From the sequence record MW269952.1: a stretch of DNA of 64,000 nt; one strand, 5' to 3'. The DNA comes from Escherichia phage P479. A program made the translations under genes and the position numbers. Position 1 is the first letter of the stretch. The number at the start of each line of letters is the position of its first letter. The notes below the pieces were generated by a model. That model did no database searches. It was not told where the DNA came from and saw only the letters and a program-made list of their open reading frames with translations. Of the stretch, positions 7,813 through 18,719 are shown piece by piece.

Positions 7813-9351
7813 GTGATTATGATTTTAGATATTTTAAATGAAATTGCTGCAACCGATTCCACTAAAGAGAAACAAGCTATCCTGGAATCGTATTCTGACA
7901 ATGAAACCCTCAAACGTGTGTATCGTTTGACATATTCCAAAGGCATCCAGTTCTATATTAAGAAATGGCCAAAACCTGGGACAACGACTCAAAGCTTTGG
8001 TATGCTGAATATCGATGATATGCTTGACTTTATTGAATTCACATTAGCCTCTCGTAAATTAACAGGTAATGCTGCAATCGAGGAATTATCTGGCTATATT
8101 GCTGATGGTAAAAAAGCAGATGTTGAAGTCCTGCGGCGTGTTATGATGCGTGACCTGGAATGCGGGGCATCCGTATCAATTGCGAATAAGGTTTGGAAAG
8201 GTTTAATTCCTGAACAACCACAGATGCTCGCTTCTTCCTATGATGAAGCCGGTATTGCCAAGAACATTAAGTTCCCGGCCTTTGCGCAATTGAAAGCCGA
8301 CGGCGCTCGGTGTTTTGCAGAAGTTCGTGGCGATGAGTTGGATGATGTTCGATTGCTATCCCGAGCTGGTAACGAATACCTTAAGCTTGACCTCCTTAAA
8401 AAGGAATTGATTGAAGCTACCCGTGAAGCGCGTGAGAGGCATCCTGAGGGCGTTTTGATTGACGGCGAGTTAGTATATCATGAACAGAAAATAGCTCCAC
8501 AGAATGATGGTTTGGGTTTCCTTTTTGACGATTCAGATGAGATTGCTCCTGCAAAAGAAACCGCAGAATCAAGAACATTTTCGAATGGTATGGCAAACAA
8601 ATCATTAAAAGGAACCATTTCTGCAACAGAAGCTTCTTGCATGAAATTCCAGGTTTGGGATTATGTTCCACTGATTGAAGTCTATTCTGATGTTAAGATT
8701 CTCAATCCGTTGAAATACGATGTGCGTTTTGCTGTTCTGGAAAAGATGATTGCAGATAACGTGGTGCTACATGGTTTCGACCGCATGATTCTGATTGAAA
8801 ACCATGTTGTTAACAATCTCGATGAAGCGAAGGTTATCTATAAGAAATATGTGGATGAAGGTCTTGAAGGTATTATCCTTAAGAACATGGCATCGATTTG
8901 GGAAAACAAGCGCTCAAAGAACTTGTACAAGTTCAAAGAAGTAATTGACATTGCAATGGAAATCATTGGATATTACGAGCACGATAAAGACCCGAATAAG
9001 ATTGGCGGTGTTGTGCTTCGTTCTTCTTGTGGTAAGATTACAAATAACTGTGGTTCTGGTTTTAAAGACACAACTCAAGTTAAAGATAAGAAAACCAAAA
9101 AATGGGTTACTATTCCGATTGAGGAGCGTCATGAAATGGACCGTGAAGCCTTGATGGTTAAAGCCCGTAAAGGTGAATTGGTTGGAATGATTGCCGACTG
9201 TGAATGTAATGGTTGGTTGACTTCCGAGACTCGTAAAGATAATACGGTTGCATTGTTCCTGCCGATTATCAAAGGGTTCCGTTTCGATAAAGACCATGCA
9301 GACACATTCGAAGATGTATTTGGCGACTGGTCAAAGACCGGGTTAAAATAA
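7813..9351 (+). CDS. 30: ATP-dependent DNA ligase gp30
   Basis: 512 aa; N-terminus MILDILNEIAATDSTKEKQAILESY... matches recalled T4 ligase; adenylation motif KADG (AQLKADGAR) present. Confidence 0.9.
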   Translation: MIMILDILNEIAATDSTKEKQAILESYSDNETLKRVYRLTYSKGIQFYIKKWPKPGTTTQSFGMLNIDDMLDFIEFTLASRKLTGNAAIEELSGYIADGKKADVEVLRRVMMRDLECGASVSIANKVWKGLIPEQPQMLASSYDEAGIAKNIKFPAFAQLKADGARCFAEVRGDELDDVRLLSRAGNEYLKLDLLKKELIEATREARERHPEGVLIDGELVYHEQKIAPQNDGLGFLFDDSDEIAPAKETAESRTFSNGMANKSLKGTISATEASCMKFQVWDYVPLIEVYSDVKILNPLKYDVRFAVLEKMIADNVVLHGFDRMILIENHVVNNLDEAKVIYKKYVDEGLEGIILKNMASIWENKRSKNLYKFKEVIDIAMEIIGYYEHDKDPNKIGGVVLRSSCGKITNNCGSGFKDTTQVKDKKTKKWVTIPIEERHEMDREALMVKARKGELVGMIADCECNGWLTSETRKDNTVALFLPIIKGFRFDKDHADTFEDVFGDWSKTGLK

Positions 9352-9352
9352 C

Positions 9353-9374
9353 AAAAGGGCTTCGGCCCTTTTTT
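9353..9374 (+). terminator. rho-independent terminator after the ligase gene
   Basis: gggc-ttcg-gccc hairpin followed by tttttt. Confidence 0.65.
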
Positions 9375-9376
9375 AG

Positions 9377-9384
9377 TATAAATA
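9377..9384 (+). promoter_or_regulatory. T4-type late promoter TATAAATA upstream of alt
   Basis: tataaata 25 nt upstream of the alt ATG. Confidence 0.6.
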
Positions 9385-9409
9385 CATCATATTTTATAAG
9401 GAACCTATT

Positions 9410-11470
9410 ATGTCTGAACAATTAAATGAACTCTTTGACAAATATATCGAAGCCTTCGATTATCCTGTCATTAATATGAATCCGAAATACAAGGTCCCAC
9501 AGGTTTGGCAATTCGGTGTTCCTGGGACCAATTCTCTTATGGCCCGTTTGATGCAATTCACGGGCAAAGAAACAGTTAAACAATATAAACGCGGCGATGC
9601 AATTGCCGAGGTATTCCTGCTCTCCGGGACTTCACATGGCCATGCTGTTCCTCTGAAGGGTGGTCTAGGTGAAAAACCTCTTGATGCGATTAACCTGATT
9701 TTTGTTACAGTCTGGGAAAGCATTAAACTAGGCAAACCTGATGTAGTCTTGTTCCGTTTCCCATCCAAAAAGATGAAAGGGCAAGACCAAGCTGTTATTC
9801 GTATTATGAATCGACTGATTCAAATGAAAACCAGCGGGCGTTATCATGTTCTTCCAAATGCTTCTGGTCTCGGTAAAAAGAACGCATACGTAATTATGTA
9901 CAAAAAGGGTGTTGACCTGCTTTCGGTTGATGGTATGCCACCAGTCCCTGAGAAATATCAAAAAGTTGAAACTAAAGTTGGCGATGTATTCACCAATAAA
10001 GATACAGGTGCACAAGTCTCCAAACAAGAAATCGCAGCCGAAGTTCTGATTGACGCAGCAAACAAAAAGACCGATGCTGCTGTTGCCCAGAAAACTAAAA
10101 TAAGTCGCCGAGCTATTGCACAAGCCCAGTATGCTCCAAGTGATTCCGTGCCCGATGGCTGGGACGAAATTGATGCAGAAGCTGCTAAGTTTAGTCGACC
10201 GGCTACGGCAGAACTTATCGATGATTATGAAGAACTGGAAATTTTTGTTCGACCTTCCGAAACGAATACTATGGCTCGTATGCGCGCAGCAGATGAGGCT
10301 ATGCGAGCAAATGGTGTTTGGAAAGAAGAAATTCGTGTTGAAGACTCTGACCCAATTTTTAACCGTATGCATCGTGAACTTAAACGTGCCCCTGTTGGCA
10401 GTATGAAGCAGATGCAGATTTTTGCCGAATCATGTGCCGAGATTCTTAACCTTCGCAAAGCCGCATTTATCGAAAGAAAAATGAATGATGCTCCTCCTAA
10501 CCTGGATGCAGCCACTTATGCAGCCTCGCTCTGGGAAAAAGAATACACAAGCGCCATTCGTGTTGCAGTTAAAGACTTTGCCGAAGAAGCATCAGAAAAT
10601 ACTCTTAATTTCACAGCAGGATATACTGACAACCGTTTCCATTATGGCCAGCGAGAAGCAATTGCAGATTATTGTGGAGCAAACTATGCCGATATTAATA
10701 ATTATTTGATGGGCAAATATTATGAAGAAGAAGCTGAATTCCTAAATCTAGACAGAGTTGTCGAAACAATTAAGGAATTGGATTCGGCCTTTGAAATTGG
10801 ACATAAGTTGCCGCCTAATACAACTCTTTGGCGTGGTCAATATTTAAACGTTCCTACATTTGATAAAATTAAGAAATCTAAATTATTTTATTTCAGGAAC
10901 TATGTATCAACGTCGTTTAAACCGATTATCTTTGGTGGCTGGGTGGCGAACGTTGCTATGGCTGCAGTTCATCAGGACTATCGTGATGGGACATCTTTCC
11001 AGGCTGATGACGAAATTGTTTTACCAGATATGCCAGCTGTACGCCGCGACCATGTAATGATGCATGTTGGTTGGAAAATTTCTGGGGCGGACTTAATTAA
11101 CGTAATTGTTCCTGGGGAATTGTCAAGCAACCCGTCCGAGCAGGAAGTTATTCTTCCTCGTGGGACTGTAGTTAAGATTACCAAAATTACTGATGCTTCG
11201 TATCAAGGAAACGCGAACGTCAAAATGCTGGAAGCTGATATCCAGACTACGGACCAACTGGATGAAAATGCAGTTATCTATGATGGTGATGTGTTGATGG
11301 AAACTGGTGAGCTTGTCGTTTATCAGGGCGAGGAATCAGAAGAGCCAGTAGAATCTGTTGACTTTGCATCGTTTGCATCCTCTGGGGTGACGAAGAAAGT
11401 CAATCAAGGTCTTGGTATTCTTGCTAGTTGTATTAATTTGGAAGCTATTCCTCCTAAATTCCTTTCGTAG
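9410..11470 (+). CDS. alt: Alt-like ADP-ribosyltransferase (virion-packaged)
   Basis: 686 aa (T4 Alt about 680 aa); position adjacent to gene 30 as in T4; C-terminal block ...NVVLPGELSSNPSEQEVILPRGTVVKITKITDASY... resembles recalled T4 Alt. Confidence 0.75.
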   Translation: MSEQLNELFDKYIEAFDYPVINMNPKYKVPQVWQFGVPGTNSLMARLMQFTGKETVKQYKRGDAIAEVFLLSGTSHGHAVPLKGGLGEKPLDAINLIFVTVWESIKLGKPDVVLFRFPSKKMKGQDQAVIRIMNRLIQMKTSGRYHVLPNASGLGKKNAYVIMYKKGVDLLSVDGMPPVPEKYQKVETKVGDVFTNKDTGAQVSKQEIAAEVLIDAANKKTDAAVAQKTKISRRAIAQAQYAPSDSVPDGWDEIDAEAAKFSRPATAELIDDYEELEIFVRPSETNTMARMRAADEAMRANGVWKEEIRVEDSDPIFNRMHRELKRAPVGSMKQMQIFAESCAEILNLRKAAFIERKMNDAPPNLDAATYAASLWEKEYTSAIRVAVKDFAEEASENTLNFTAGYTDNRFHYGQREAIADYCGANYADINNYLMGKYYEEEAEFLNLDRVVETIKELDSAFEIGHKLPPNTTLWRGQYLNVPTFDKIKKSKLFYFRNYVSTSFKPIIFGGWVANVAMAAVHQDYRDGTSFQADDEIVLPDMPAVRRDHVMMHVGWKISGADLINVIVPGELSSNPSEQEVILPRGTVVKITKITDASYQGNANVKMLEADIQTTDQLDENAVIYDGDVLMETGELVVYQGEESEEPVESVDFASFASSGVTKKVNQGLGILASCINLEAIPPKFLS

Positions 11471-11472
11471 GG

Positions 11473-11502
11473 GTTTACAAGCACAAGGAAGTGCGATACA
11501 AT
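11473..11502 (+). promoter_or_regulatory. T4-type early promoter (GTTTAC, 18 nt, TACAAT)
   Basis: gtttac 11473-11478, tacaat 11497-11502; followed by the same leader cacatgaggaaaacaaaATG as at 976-998. Confidence 0.5.
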
Positions 11503-11533
11503 GTTCATATCAATTGCACATGAGGAAAACAAA

Positions 11534-11824
11534 ATGAAATCATCTTTTCGCTTTAATGGTCAGGAACTGGTAGTTGAGAATGTTATCCCGGCTTCAGAAG
11601 AGTTTGACAGCGCGGTGGGTAATGAACTGCGGCGCGTGTTTGGCGAAGATAAGAAGTTTGACCTTCGCCCTGTTGAAAACTTTGTAAATTCTGAACAAAC
11701 AGAAAATATTTTTAATGGTGTAGTAACTGGGCAACTTGAATCTGAAGCACCAATTGCAATTACAGTCTTTGCTAAGAAAGAAGTTGTAATGACTGCAGCA
11801 GGTTTCATTTCATTCCGCAAATAA
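11534..11824 (+). CDS. hypothetical protein (alt-downstream small ORF)
   Basis: ORF 11501-11824; internal ATG at 11534 with RBS gaggaaaacaaa. Confidence 0.45.
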   Translation: MKSSFRFNGQELVVENVIPASEEFDSAVGNELRRVFGEDKKFDLRPVENFVNSEQTENIFNGVVTGQLESEAPIAITVFAKKEVVMTAAGFISFRK

Positions 11825-11853
11825 AAAAGGGACCTTCGGGTCCCTTTCTTTTT
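11823..11853. terminator. bidirectional terminator hairpin (GGGACC-ttcg-GGTCCC) between the convergent 11534 ORF and gene 54
   Basis: Perfect 6-bp stem flanked by an A-run on the left and a T-run on the right. Confidence 0.7.
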
Positions 11854-12811
11854 ATAATATACGTTGACTTCCACCAGAGACTGTTCTCCCAGAACCAGTG
11901 AACGTATTGTACAGACTTGTTAATCCAGATTGAGCACCAGACAAGCGGCTCAATTTGGCAACTTCTGAGTTCAAGTTGTTATCTGAACTAATACCAGATA
12001 CACCCTTAATAACCTTATCTTCCAACCATTCCAATGCCGCAGCTCTTCCCACCGCACCAGTTGACATAACGCGATAAGCAAAAGTCACATCAAATGTAGC
12101 TATCTGATTATCCCCTTCATAGCTCAATTCAGGCGCAGATACACTTACAGGAACACAACCAGTTAACATAACAACCGTGTGCGGTAACCCATTACGTGAA
12201 TGAAGGTTAACCTGAATATCAGCTTCAACGTCTTCAGGCAAAGCCCTTAGCTGGGTAACTGGGTCCTGTACAGAGTTAACCCAATCGTTAAATGCTCTGA
12301 AGTTCCCTGCCTCTGAATCCATTCTAAAGCTCAATACCAACGGAGAATATTCTCTCCCGGTTATCTTGATATTTGGTGCATTATGGTTAAGGTCCATTTC
12401 GTAGTTCAATGTGTTATCCGGAAGCTTAACAGAGTGAACTAATAGACCAGCCGTTGGATATGCCATATTAAAGAAATCAAGTAGGTAAGTACCAACCTCA
12501 AATTCCCCCAATAATGATTGCACAACACGGTTACTCATTGCACCGATAAGATATTTGCTTATCCCTGATTTACGAATAAGCTTTTGTGTTCCGGCCGTAA
12601 CAAGAGTTGTTATCCCCTGAGTTAAGTCACCTTGTGTTAATCCGAACCAATCTGAGTTAACAGGAAGGTTACTGAATAATGCACCCCCGAACTGGTCCAG
12701 AAGATTCTGAGATTTGGAGGAAGGCGTGGTCGCGAAGACCACACTAAAAAGGTTATTCCTCTGCAAGTCGATATTAATCGCTTGTGTTTGAAATTCTTGT
12801 AAAGTAAACAT
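11852..12811 (-). CDS. 54: baseplate tail-tube initiator gp54
   Basis: 319 aa (T4 gp54 320 aa); synteny 54-48-29-28-27-51. Confidence 0.8.
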   Translation of the reverse strand: MFTLQEFQTQAINIDLQRNNLFSVVFATTPSSKSQNLLDQFGGALFSNLPVNSDWFGLTQGDLTQGITTLVTAGTQKLIRKSGISKYLIGAMSNRVVQSLLGEFEVGTYLLDFFNMAYPTAGLLVHSVKLPDNTLNYEMDLNHNAPNIKITGREYSPLVLSFRMDSEAGNFRAFNDWVNSVQDPVTQLRALPEDVEADIQVNLHSRNGLPHTVVMLTGCVPVSVSAPELSYEGDNQIATFDVTFAYRVMSTGAVGRAAALEWLEDKVIKGVSGISSDNNLNSEVAKLSRLSGAQSGLTSLYNTFTGSGRTVSGGSQRIL

Positions 12812-13905
12812 TAGAAACCTTCCGCATATAGTGAGCCACGGTTAAGCGTAATGATTTCACGGAAAGTGATTTCAAGTACAAAAGTCGATGGCAGGTTAGG
12901 AGCAATAGCTAATCCACCGAAATGACCATCCGGAGATTTATCGAATCTTATACTCTGAATCTGACACGGCCCAAATAGCTCCCCACGGCCATCGTATGAG
13001 CTTGTATCACCGAAGTTGCGGATATACCAGATGGTAGGGTTAGAGACCACCAGAACGTTCGTTAGGAAGCTTGTTATCTCTTCACCGAGCAACTTGCCGT
13101 CAAAGTTATCGATTGCTTCTTTTTTGAAGGTGGATTTATACCATGTGTCGATTTTATCTTTCAACTCGGAAGCAAACGAACTTTTACCGGTTTCCCCATA
13201 GGAATAATAGTTAAAAATCTCGTATATCTTCACTATCTGGATTAAGTCCTGGGCCGAACGTGGAGTCATTTCCCAGGTGTAAACTTTTGTCCTGTTATCC
13301 GGACCAGCATACATGCTTCGTGCGGTTGTGTAAATCTGTTCGCCATGGTCGGCCATTACACCGTTTGTAACTGATTCGAGTGCGCCGAAAACTGCAGTCG
13401 ATGCGATGTTACTAAGAATACCTGTAGCTGAGCCGCCCCCTTTCGTAATAAGAGATTCACCAACATCGTTGAATCGGTGTGATACGGATTCTACATCAGA
13501 CTTCGAACGAGGCAACAGGATATTTGCAACAGCGTTTGAATCAAAACTTTTACCTGTTGAGCCCGCCCCGGTTAATTTCGATTTAGCAAAAGATGTTAAA
13601 CTTTTAACCGGGTTAAATGAAGCACCATTGGAAACTTTCTTTAATGAAGTCAATTGGCTTGACCTATCTGAGCGTAATTCCGGAGATGTTCTTGAACTGA
13701 AATTGTATGCCGTGAATAACAGACCATTTTTATAAAGGTCATTAACTCGCATATCATCTGAAGAATCATTACCGGAAGCTCGTTCTGCTGGATATTGCGC
13801 CACAATAGTAGCTTGAGTCTGGGCAGCTTTTGACTGCCCAGCGGAGGTCTTAGAACCTCCGTTAAATAAACCCGCAATATCAATATCGAGTTCTTTTACT
13901 TTCAT
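12811..13905 (-). CDS. 48: baseplate tail-tube cap gp48
   Basis: 364 aa (T4 gp48 364 aa); synteny. Confidence 0.8.
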   Translation of the reverse strand: MKVKELDIDIAGLFNGGSKTSAGQSKAAQTQATIVAQYPAERASGNDSSDDMRVNDLYKNGLLFTAYNFSSRTSPELRSDRSSQLTSLKKVSNGASFNPVKSLTSFAKSKLTGAGSTGKSFDSNAVANILLPRSKSDVESVSHRFNDVGESLITKGGGSATGILSNIASTAVFGALESVTNGVMADHGEQIYTTARSMYAGPDNRTKVYTWEMTPRSAQDLIQIVKIYEIFNYYSYGETGKSSFASELKDKIDTWYKSTFKKEAIDNFDGKLLGEEITSFLTNVLVVSNPTIWYIRNFGDTSSYDGRGELFGPCQIQSIRFDKSPDGHFGGLAIAPNLPSTFVLEITFREIITLNRGSLYAEGF

Positions 13906-13913
13906 GTTATTCC

Positions 13914-15659
13914 TTAGTTAATTCTCGTGGCCTGTCTCATGCCAGGGGCAGGGGTTGAACTTTGAGGAGGCATATTGTATTGCGTCCTGGAAGTCTTCTG
14001 AATATTATTGACCGTGTTAATTTGTGCCTGAGCTGGTACATCCTTGTATTTATTTTCTTTGGCCTTCATGCCTTCGTCAACCTTCGCAGCTTGTTGTGCA
14101 TCCGGAGAAGTCTTAACATCCGGCGGTTTAACTTTCGGTTCGTCTTTGAACTTCTCGAGAGACTTATCAAGTTTTTCCAACAGGGCGCGCATATTCAGGT
14201 CTTTCGGAGCTCCACCTTTTGCCATAGCTGGGTCAGCTAATTGTTTTTCAATGTTAGCTCTCATTTCCATCGCATTCTTTTTATCGGTTGCGTCTGGCTT
14301 CATTAGGTTGTCAGCAGTTTGTGTCAAACGAATAATATCAGCCTGTGCTTTGTCACGCTTCTTGAAATAGTCCAGACGTTCTTCTTCCGGAAGGTCTCTG
14401 AAGCTTGTGTCAATCCCACCTGCGCGAAGCTGGTCAGCTTGTTCCTTGGTAAGGTTACCATATTTTTCGGCTTGATTAATTAGTTCAGGTTTATCCTTAT
14501 ACTTCTTATTCATCTTCTCTGCAGCTTCCATTGCTTCGGCCGAACGTTTGTCATGATATTTTGCTATCTTGGTTTGGTCTTCATCATCCAGAGTTGCCCC
14601 TGTATTTTGCTGATAAGACATCAAAGCTGAGGCTTCCACATTATCTGCTAAATCACCCATCCCAGGGATTTTGCTTAAGATAGCTGAAATCAGTTTCGAA
14701 ATACCAAGCATAAGAAGTTGAGCCATGTTCTTCGTTAAGTTGACCATCCCACGGATAATAGCTTCAGCTAATCCTAACCAGTTCCTTTCACTAAACATCG
14801 CTTCGGCGTTCTTAGCCCAGGTCATTAGTCCTTCAAGCAACGGTCCCCATTCTTTGAACTTATCATTAAATTCGGCCCATCCTTTTTCGAATTGCTTCAT
14901 GAAATATTGGAAGTAAACTCGTATCGCATCGATACCAAATACCAACAACAATAATCCACCAATAAGCTTGGCTGCTTCGGCTGCTGCCGTAATTGTATAT
15001 TTGAACAGCATTCCGGAGATTCGGTCAGCAACAGAAACCGATGCCTTAAATCCTTTTTCGGTTATCTTCGAAAGGGTATCAAGCTTATCACCAAGTGACC
15101 AGGTATTAGTCTCTTTACCTTCTGCATCGTTTTTTGGCTGTTCTGGTTCCGGAATGAAGTCAGCGTCGGGCTTTTGTTCTTCTGGCGGTATGAGCGCTGG
15201 AACGCTCGCTGTGGGCTTATTCTCTTCAGGCTCTGGTAGTGCATCCTCCACAGGTTTAAGGCTTTCAGAACCAGCCACAGGAGACGTGACGCCTATTTTA
15301 CCGCTTATCATTGCACTGAGTTTGTCGAGCTTATCCGAGAGAATATCCGTGAGGTTTTTAATCCCTTGTTGAGTCTTCTCGGTGGCTTCGGCCGTTAGTT
15401 CAACTCCGGCACTGATATCCTGGAGGACTCCATTGTTGGTCTGGATATTCTCAATAATCTGATTACCCTTATCCTCAATAGCTTCCGATACAAGTTCGGT
15501 TGCAGCCTGAGTATTTGTAAGGGTTGTGTTCAGATTCGATAATTCATCATTCTGTTCAGCAGAGAGGGCTTCCGCCCTCCTTTGTGGTGCTAATTCTTCG
15601 ATAAGCTTTTTATTAGGCCCACCGCGTCTGAAGCTTGTTTGTTCGGAGTTCTTATTCAT
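13914..15659 (-). CDS. 29: tail tape-measure protein gp29
   Basis: 581 aa (T4 gp29 about 590 aa); synteny. Confidence 0.8.
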   Translation of the reverse strand: MNKNSEQTSFRRGGPNKKLIEELAPQRRAEALSAEQNDELSNLNTTLTNTQAATELVSEAIEDKGNQIIENIQTNNGVLQDISAGVELTAEATEKTQQGIKNLTDILSDKLDKLSAMISGKIGVTSPVAGSESLKPVEDALPEPEENKPTASVPALIPPEEQKPDADFIPEPEQPKNDAEGKETNTWSLGDKLDTLSKITEKGFKASVSVADRISGMLFKYTITAAAEAAKLIGGLLLLVFGIDAIRVYFQYFMKQFEKGWAEFNDKFKEWGPLLEGLMTWAKNAEAMFSERNWLGLAEAIIRGMVNLTKNMAQLLMLGISKLISAILSKIPGMGDLADNVEASALMSYQQNTGATLDDEDQTKIAKYHDKRSAEAMEAAEKMNKKYKDKPELINQAEKYGNLTKEQADQLRAGGIDTSFRDLPEEERLDYFKKRDKAQADIIRLTQTADNLMKPDATDKKNAMEMRANIEKQLADPAMAKGGAPKDLNMRALLEKLDKSLEKFKDEPKVKPPDVKTSPDAQQAAKVDEGMKAKENKYKDVPAQAQINTVNNIQKTSRTQYNMPPQSSTPAPGMRQATRIN

Positions 15660-16170
15660 TTAGGAGTTCCATTATTTTCAGTAACCCCTTAACAGGACCA
15701 TTCGGACCCGGGATTGCTAATGTGCTTGTGATATCGTCTGCCCACTTAGCAACAAAAGCAGGCATATCCAGAAAGTCTGGAACATCTTCCCCGAGATAAA
15801 GGGTCTCCAGGAGATTGTCAACTGGTCCGAATTCTTCATACGGTTTATTGGAGCGGAATTTAAATGTCTTTCCTTGATAAGAAAATTCAAGGCGCTGACA
15901 GATATAAACAGCATCCAGCTTATATGTAAATCCATTAATCTCGCGTTTGTCTTTTAGCTTACCATTAAATTCCAGAAGATGTAAAGATACAAAGTCGGAT
16001 TCGGCTGCTGTAAGATTAGGGAATATCGATTGCATAATCTTTCTTAATGCAACATAAGGATTAGGTTCGTTTTTAATCAGATTGTGATGCTTGAGTCCAA
16101 GCTTGGGAACGTGAATCTCTTTATCACCCAGCTGTATTTTCTTCGTCGGCAGAATCAGTTTTAAGTTCAT
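15652..16170 (-). CDS. 28: baseplate hub distal subunit gp28
   Basis: ORF 15652-16212; start placed at internal ATG 16170 ([10 protein letters not shown]...) by recalled similarity to the T4 gp28 N-terminus; overlaps the 3' end of gene 27. Confidence 0.6.
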   Translation of the reverse strand: MNLKLILPTKKIQLGDKEIHVPKLGLKHHNLIKNEPNPYVALRKIMQSIFPNLTAAESDFVSLHLLEFNGKLKDKREINGFTYKLDAVYICQRLEFSYQGKTFKFRSNKPYEEFGPVDNLLETLYLGEDVPDFLDMPAFVAKWADDITSTLAIPGPNGPVKGLLKIMELLNE

Positions 16171-17293
16171 TTTTAACCTTCGGTGGTTCTTCAACTTCGA
16201 TAGGCTTACCATTGGTAAACATATAGAGGTTTGTAATTGATGTATTGTTACTCACTTCATGAATAACTTCGTCTACGTAAAAATCATATTTGAATTGGTT
16301 CTTAGGGTCAAAGAAATTTATCTTATCGCCCGGGGTTAATTCAAAGTTCCCGTATGTTTTGCAATGCGCGTAACCGTCATATTGTGACATGGTTATCAAT
16401 CGTTGTGCTTCCTCGAAACCATTTCGGTATGTATAATCTGCATAGCCACCGGAACGAGATACCAGAATACTGTTTTGTCCTTCCCCAAAAGTTATTCTGG
16501 TTGCGTTCTTATCAAGGAATGAATGCGCATACACGGTTGCGTTTTCGTATGGTTTTCTTGTGTGTTGGTTTGCCTTTGTTAACCATTCAAAATCGAAGGC
16601 TAAAGGAGTAGTCAGGTTTTGTACAAATTGACCAACCAATCGAGGTTCACCCACCACAAAATTAATTGGCTCTTGTGATGTTAACCATTCATAATCCTGG
16701 ATACTTATTCCATCAATATCTTCCCATACAAAAACAAATTTATCAGTTTCTACCGACAGGCCAACTTCCCTTATGAATTCCATATATTGGTTCATCGAAT
16801 CACACCATGGAACGTTAGGAGCATAAACGTTTATGCCGTTTATTGGTGGGGAAAGTAATGGTCTATCTTGATAAATTACCCCGGTCATTTCGACTAATGT
16901 TTCCTGTACGCTCGGGTAAAACATACGACTAAATTTCAAGTCTTCAATTTCGTGAATAGGAGCCAGCTGAATTGTAATTATGTTATCACCCTTTGAATCC
17001 ACGGAAACAGCAAAGTGTTTACTTCCATATATTCTGGATTGTGTTCGGTCGGAGTTAGCATTCTTAACGGAAATCTGAATAACCTGTTCACCATTCATTT
17101 TTGTATGCAGGTTTTTCGTATCATAGAATTGCAAGAGCCCCTCGTTTCTTCCATAAAGGGAATCACGCATGGTTAACGTTGTAAAGGTGGCAGCTAGTTC
17201 CACAAAACGGTGTTCAAGCCATGCATCATAATCTTCGTAAAGGCGGATGCTGATATTAGGAAAGCCTTCACGCTGCATAGATTTAACTGTCAT
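16124..17293 (-). CDS. 27: baseplate hub subunit gp27
   Basis: 389 aa (T4 gp27 391 aa); synteny. Confidence 0.8.
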   Translation of the reverse strand: MTVKSMQREGFPNISIRLYEDYDAWLEHRFVELAATFTTLTMRDSLYGRNEGLLQFYDTKNLHTKMNGEQVIQISVKNANSDRTQSRIYGSKHFAVSVDSKGDNIITIQLAPIHEIEDLKFSRMFYPSVQETLVEMTGVIYQDRPLLSPPINGINVYAPNVPWCDSMNQYMEFIREVGLSVETDKFVFVWEDIDGISIQDYEWLTSQEPINFVVGEPRLVGQFVQNLTTPLAFDFEWLTKANQHTRKPYENATVYAHSFLDKNATRITFGEGQNSILVSRSGGYADYTYRNGFEEAQRLITMSQYDGYAHCKTYGNFELTPGDKINFFDPKNQFKYDFYVDEVIHEVSNNTSITNLYMFTNGKPIEVEEPPKVKNELKTDSADEENTAG

Positions 17294-18042
17294 TTTTTCA
17301 AGTCCTTCTCAACTAGTGATAAAGCAATACCTCGTTCAATAGGAATCATATGCATGATGCTATCTAGCGAATATTGATTCTTTACCAGCAAGTGGTTAAT
17401 TTGATAAAATACAAAGACTTCATCCGGGTTAAGGATAAGCTTAAAGACGTCAAGCAGGTCAGTATATTCGGTTTTGTGTTTTTCGCAGCAACCATATGTA
17501 AATGGGATATAAACTGAATGCATTTTCTTAAGGAGTGCTTCAAGGCTCTCTATATCAATTGCATCGATAACCTGCATCTTTGTTTCTTCGGGGAGGTCTT
17601 CCCAATTGTATTTTTGTTCCGAGTCTTCGACAGTCTGGATGGTGTTTAGAACAAGCTCCGACTTATCTTTATATTCCACTTCAGGGAACTTAAATTGTAT
17701 TTTTATCCCGGCGGTTTCCATTGTTGGATTTATCAATGGACCCTGATTCATGTTAAACAAAGTCTGCTTTGTCTTTTTACATTTTTGACATTCGAACGCT
17801 ACCGGGACTTTTGTCTTACCGATAGAGGAAGTGAATACCTTCAGGAATATGTAAGGCCTCCATGCTTTTGGATACTCTCCAAAATAATCTTCCAACAGTT
17901 CGTCTAATAATTGTTTTTGTTCTTCGACGGGTTTGTTGTTCATGTCGTTTCGCACAAGCAGTAAATCACGGTAATCAGCGACTGTAAACGGTTTGAAACG
18001 ATGAACTCCGTCTGGCATTTCACATCTTACGATATTGGCCAT
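17290..18042 (-). CDS. 51: baseplate hub assembly catalyst gp51
   Basis: 250 aa (T4 gp51 249 aa); synteny. Confidence 0.75.
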   Translation of the reverse strand: MANIVRCEMPDGVHRFKPFTVADYRDLLLVRNDMNNKPVEEQKQLLDELLEDYFGEYPKAWRPYIFLKVFTSSIGKTKVPVAFECQKCKKTKQTLFNMNQGPLINPTMETAGIKIQFKFPEVEYKDKSELVLNTIQTVEDSEQKYNWEDLPEETKMQVIDAIDIESLEALLKKMHSVYIPFTYGCCEKHKTEYTDLLDVFKLILNPDEVFVFYQINHLLVKNQYSLDSIMHMIPIERGIALSLVEKDLKK

Positions 18043-18066
18043 AGAATCCCCTTTTATCTTTATTGA

Positions 18067-18078
18067 TATTTATAAATA
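18067..18078. promoter_or_regulatory. overlapping divergent late promoters (TATAAATA on both strands) for genes 51 and 26
   Basis: tatttataaata: - strand TATAAATA at 18067-18074 (25 nt before the gene 51 ATG), + strand TATAAATA at 18071-18078 (17 nt before the gene 26 ATG). Confidence 0.6.
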
Positions 18079-18095
18079 CAGTAAAGGAGCAAATT

Positions 18096-18719
18096 ATGAC
18101 TTATGAATTTATTGTCCAAATTAAAAATAAAACTATAAATTGTAGGGCTTTTACCTTGCGCGAATACAAAGATTTGCTTCAGGCAAAATTAGAAAAGCGC
18201 ATGGAACCTGCAATAATTGAACTGCTTAATAAATGCACTGATGCTAAAGGGTTAAACAAACAGGAAGCCGAGCTGCTTCTTATTAATCTCTGGGCAAATA
18301 GTCTCGGAGCTGTTAACGTCGAGCATACATGGGTATGTGAGTGCGGAAAGGAACAAGATATTCCTGTGACTATAAGTCGCGCAAGCATCGTGGATGAGTC
18401 TGAGGTTATTCGTGATTTCGGGGCGTTTAAAATTAAATTCCGTTATCCTGGACTGTTTGAAGATGGCGATAAAGGAAAAATGATTGCTTGTTGTATCGAA
18501 TATATTATCACGGAAGGCGGTGAGCGTATCGTTGTTGATGACTTAAATGAGGCCGAAATCGAGGACCTGTACAATGCAATTACCCTCGATGATATAAATG
18601 CACTAACAGAAGAACTTCTCAAGCCACAGGTCCAAATGGCTATTCCTATCTCTTGCGAGTGTGGAGCACATTCTGTCCATGTAATTAAGGGGCTTAAAGA
18701 ATTCTTTAAGTTTATGTAA
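18096..18719 (+). CDS. 26: baseplate hub subunit gp26
   Basis: 207 aa from the internal ATG with RBS aaggag (T4 gp26 208 aa); synteny. Confidence 0.75.
   Translation: MTYEFIVQIKNKTINCRAFTLREYKDLLQAKLEKRMEPAIIELLNKCTDAKGLNKQEAELLLINLWANSLGAVNVEHTWVCECGKEQDIPVTISRASIVDESEVIRDFGAFKIKFRYPGLFEDGDKGKMIACCIEYIITEGGERIVVDDLNEAEIEDLYNAITLDDINALTEELLKPQVQMAIPISCECGAHSVHVIKGLKEFFKFM

Noticed and set aside
9728-10372. 214-aa ORF on - strand inside alt
   Set aside because: Antisense shadow ORF within the Alt-like gene; no independent expression signals.
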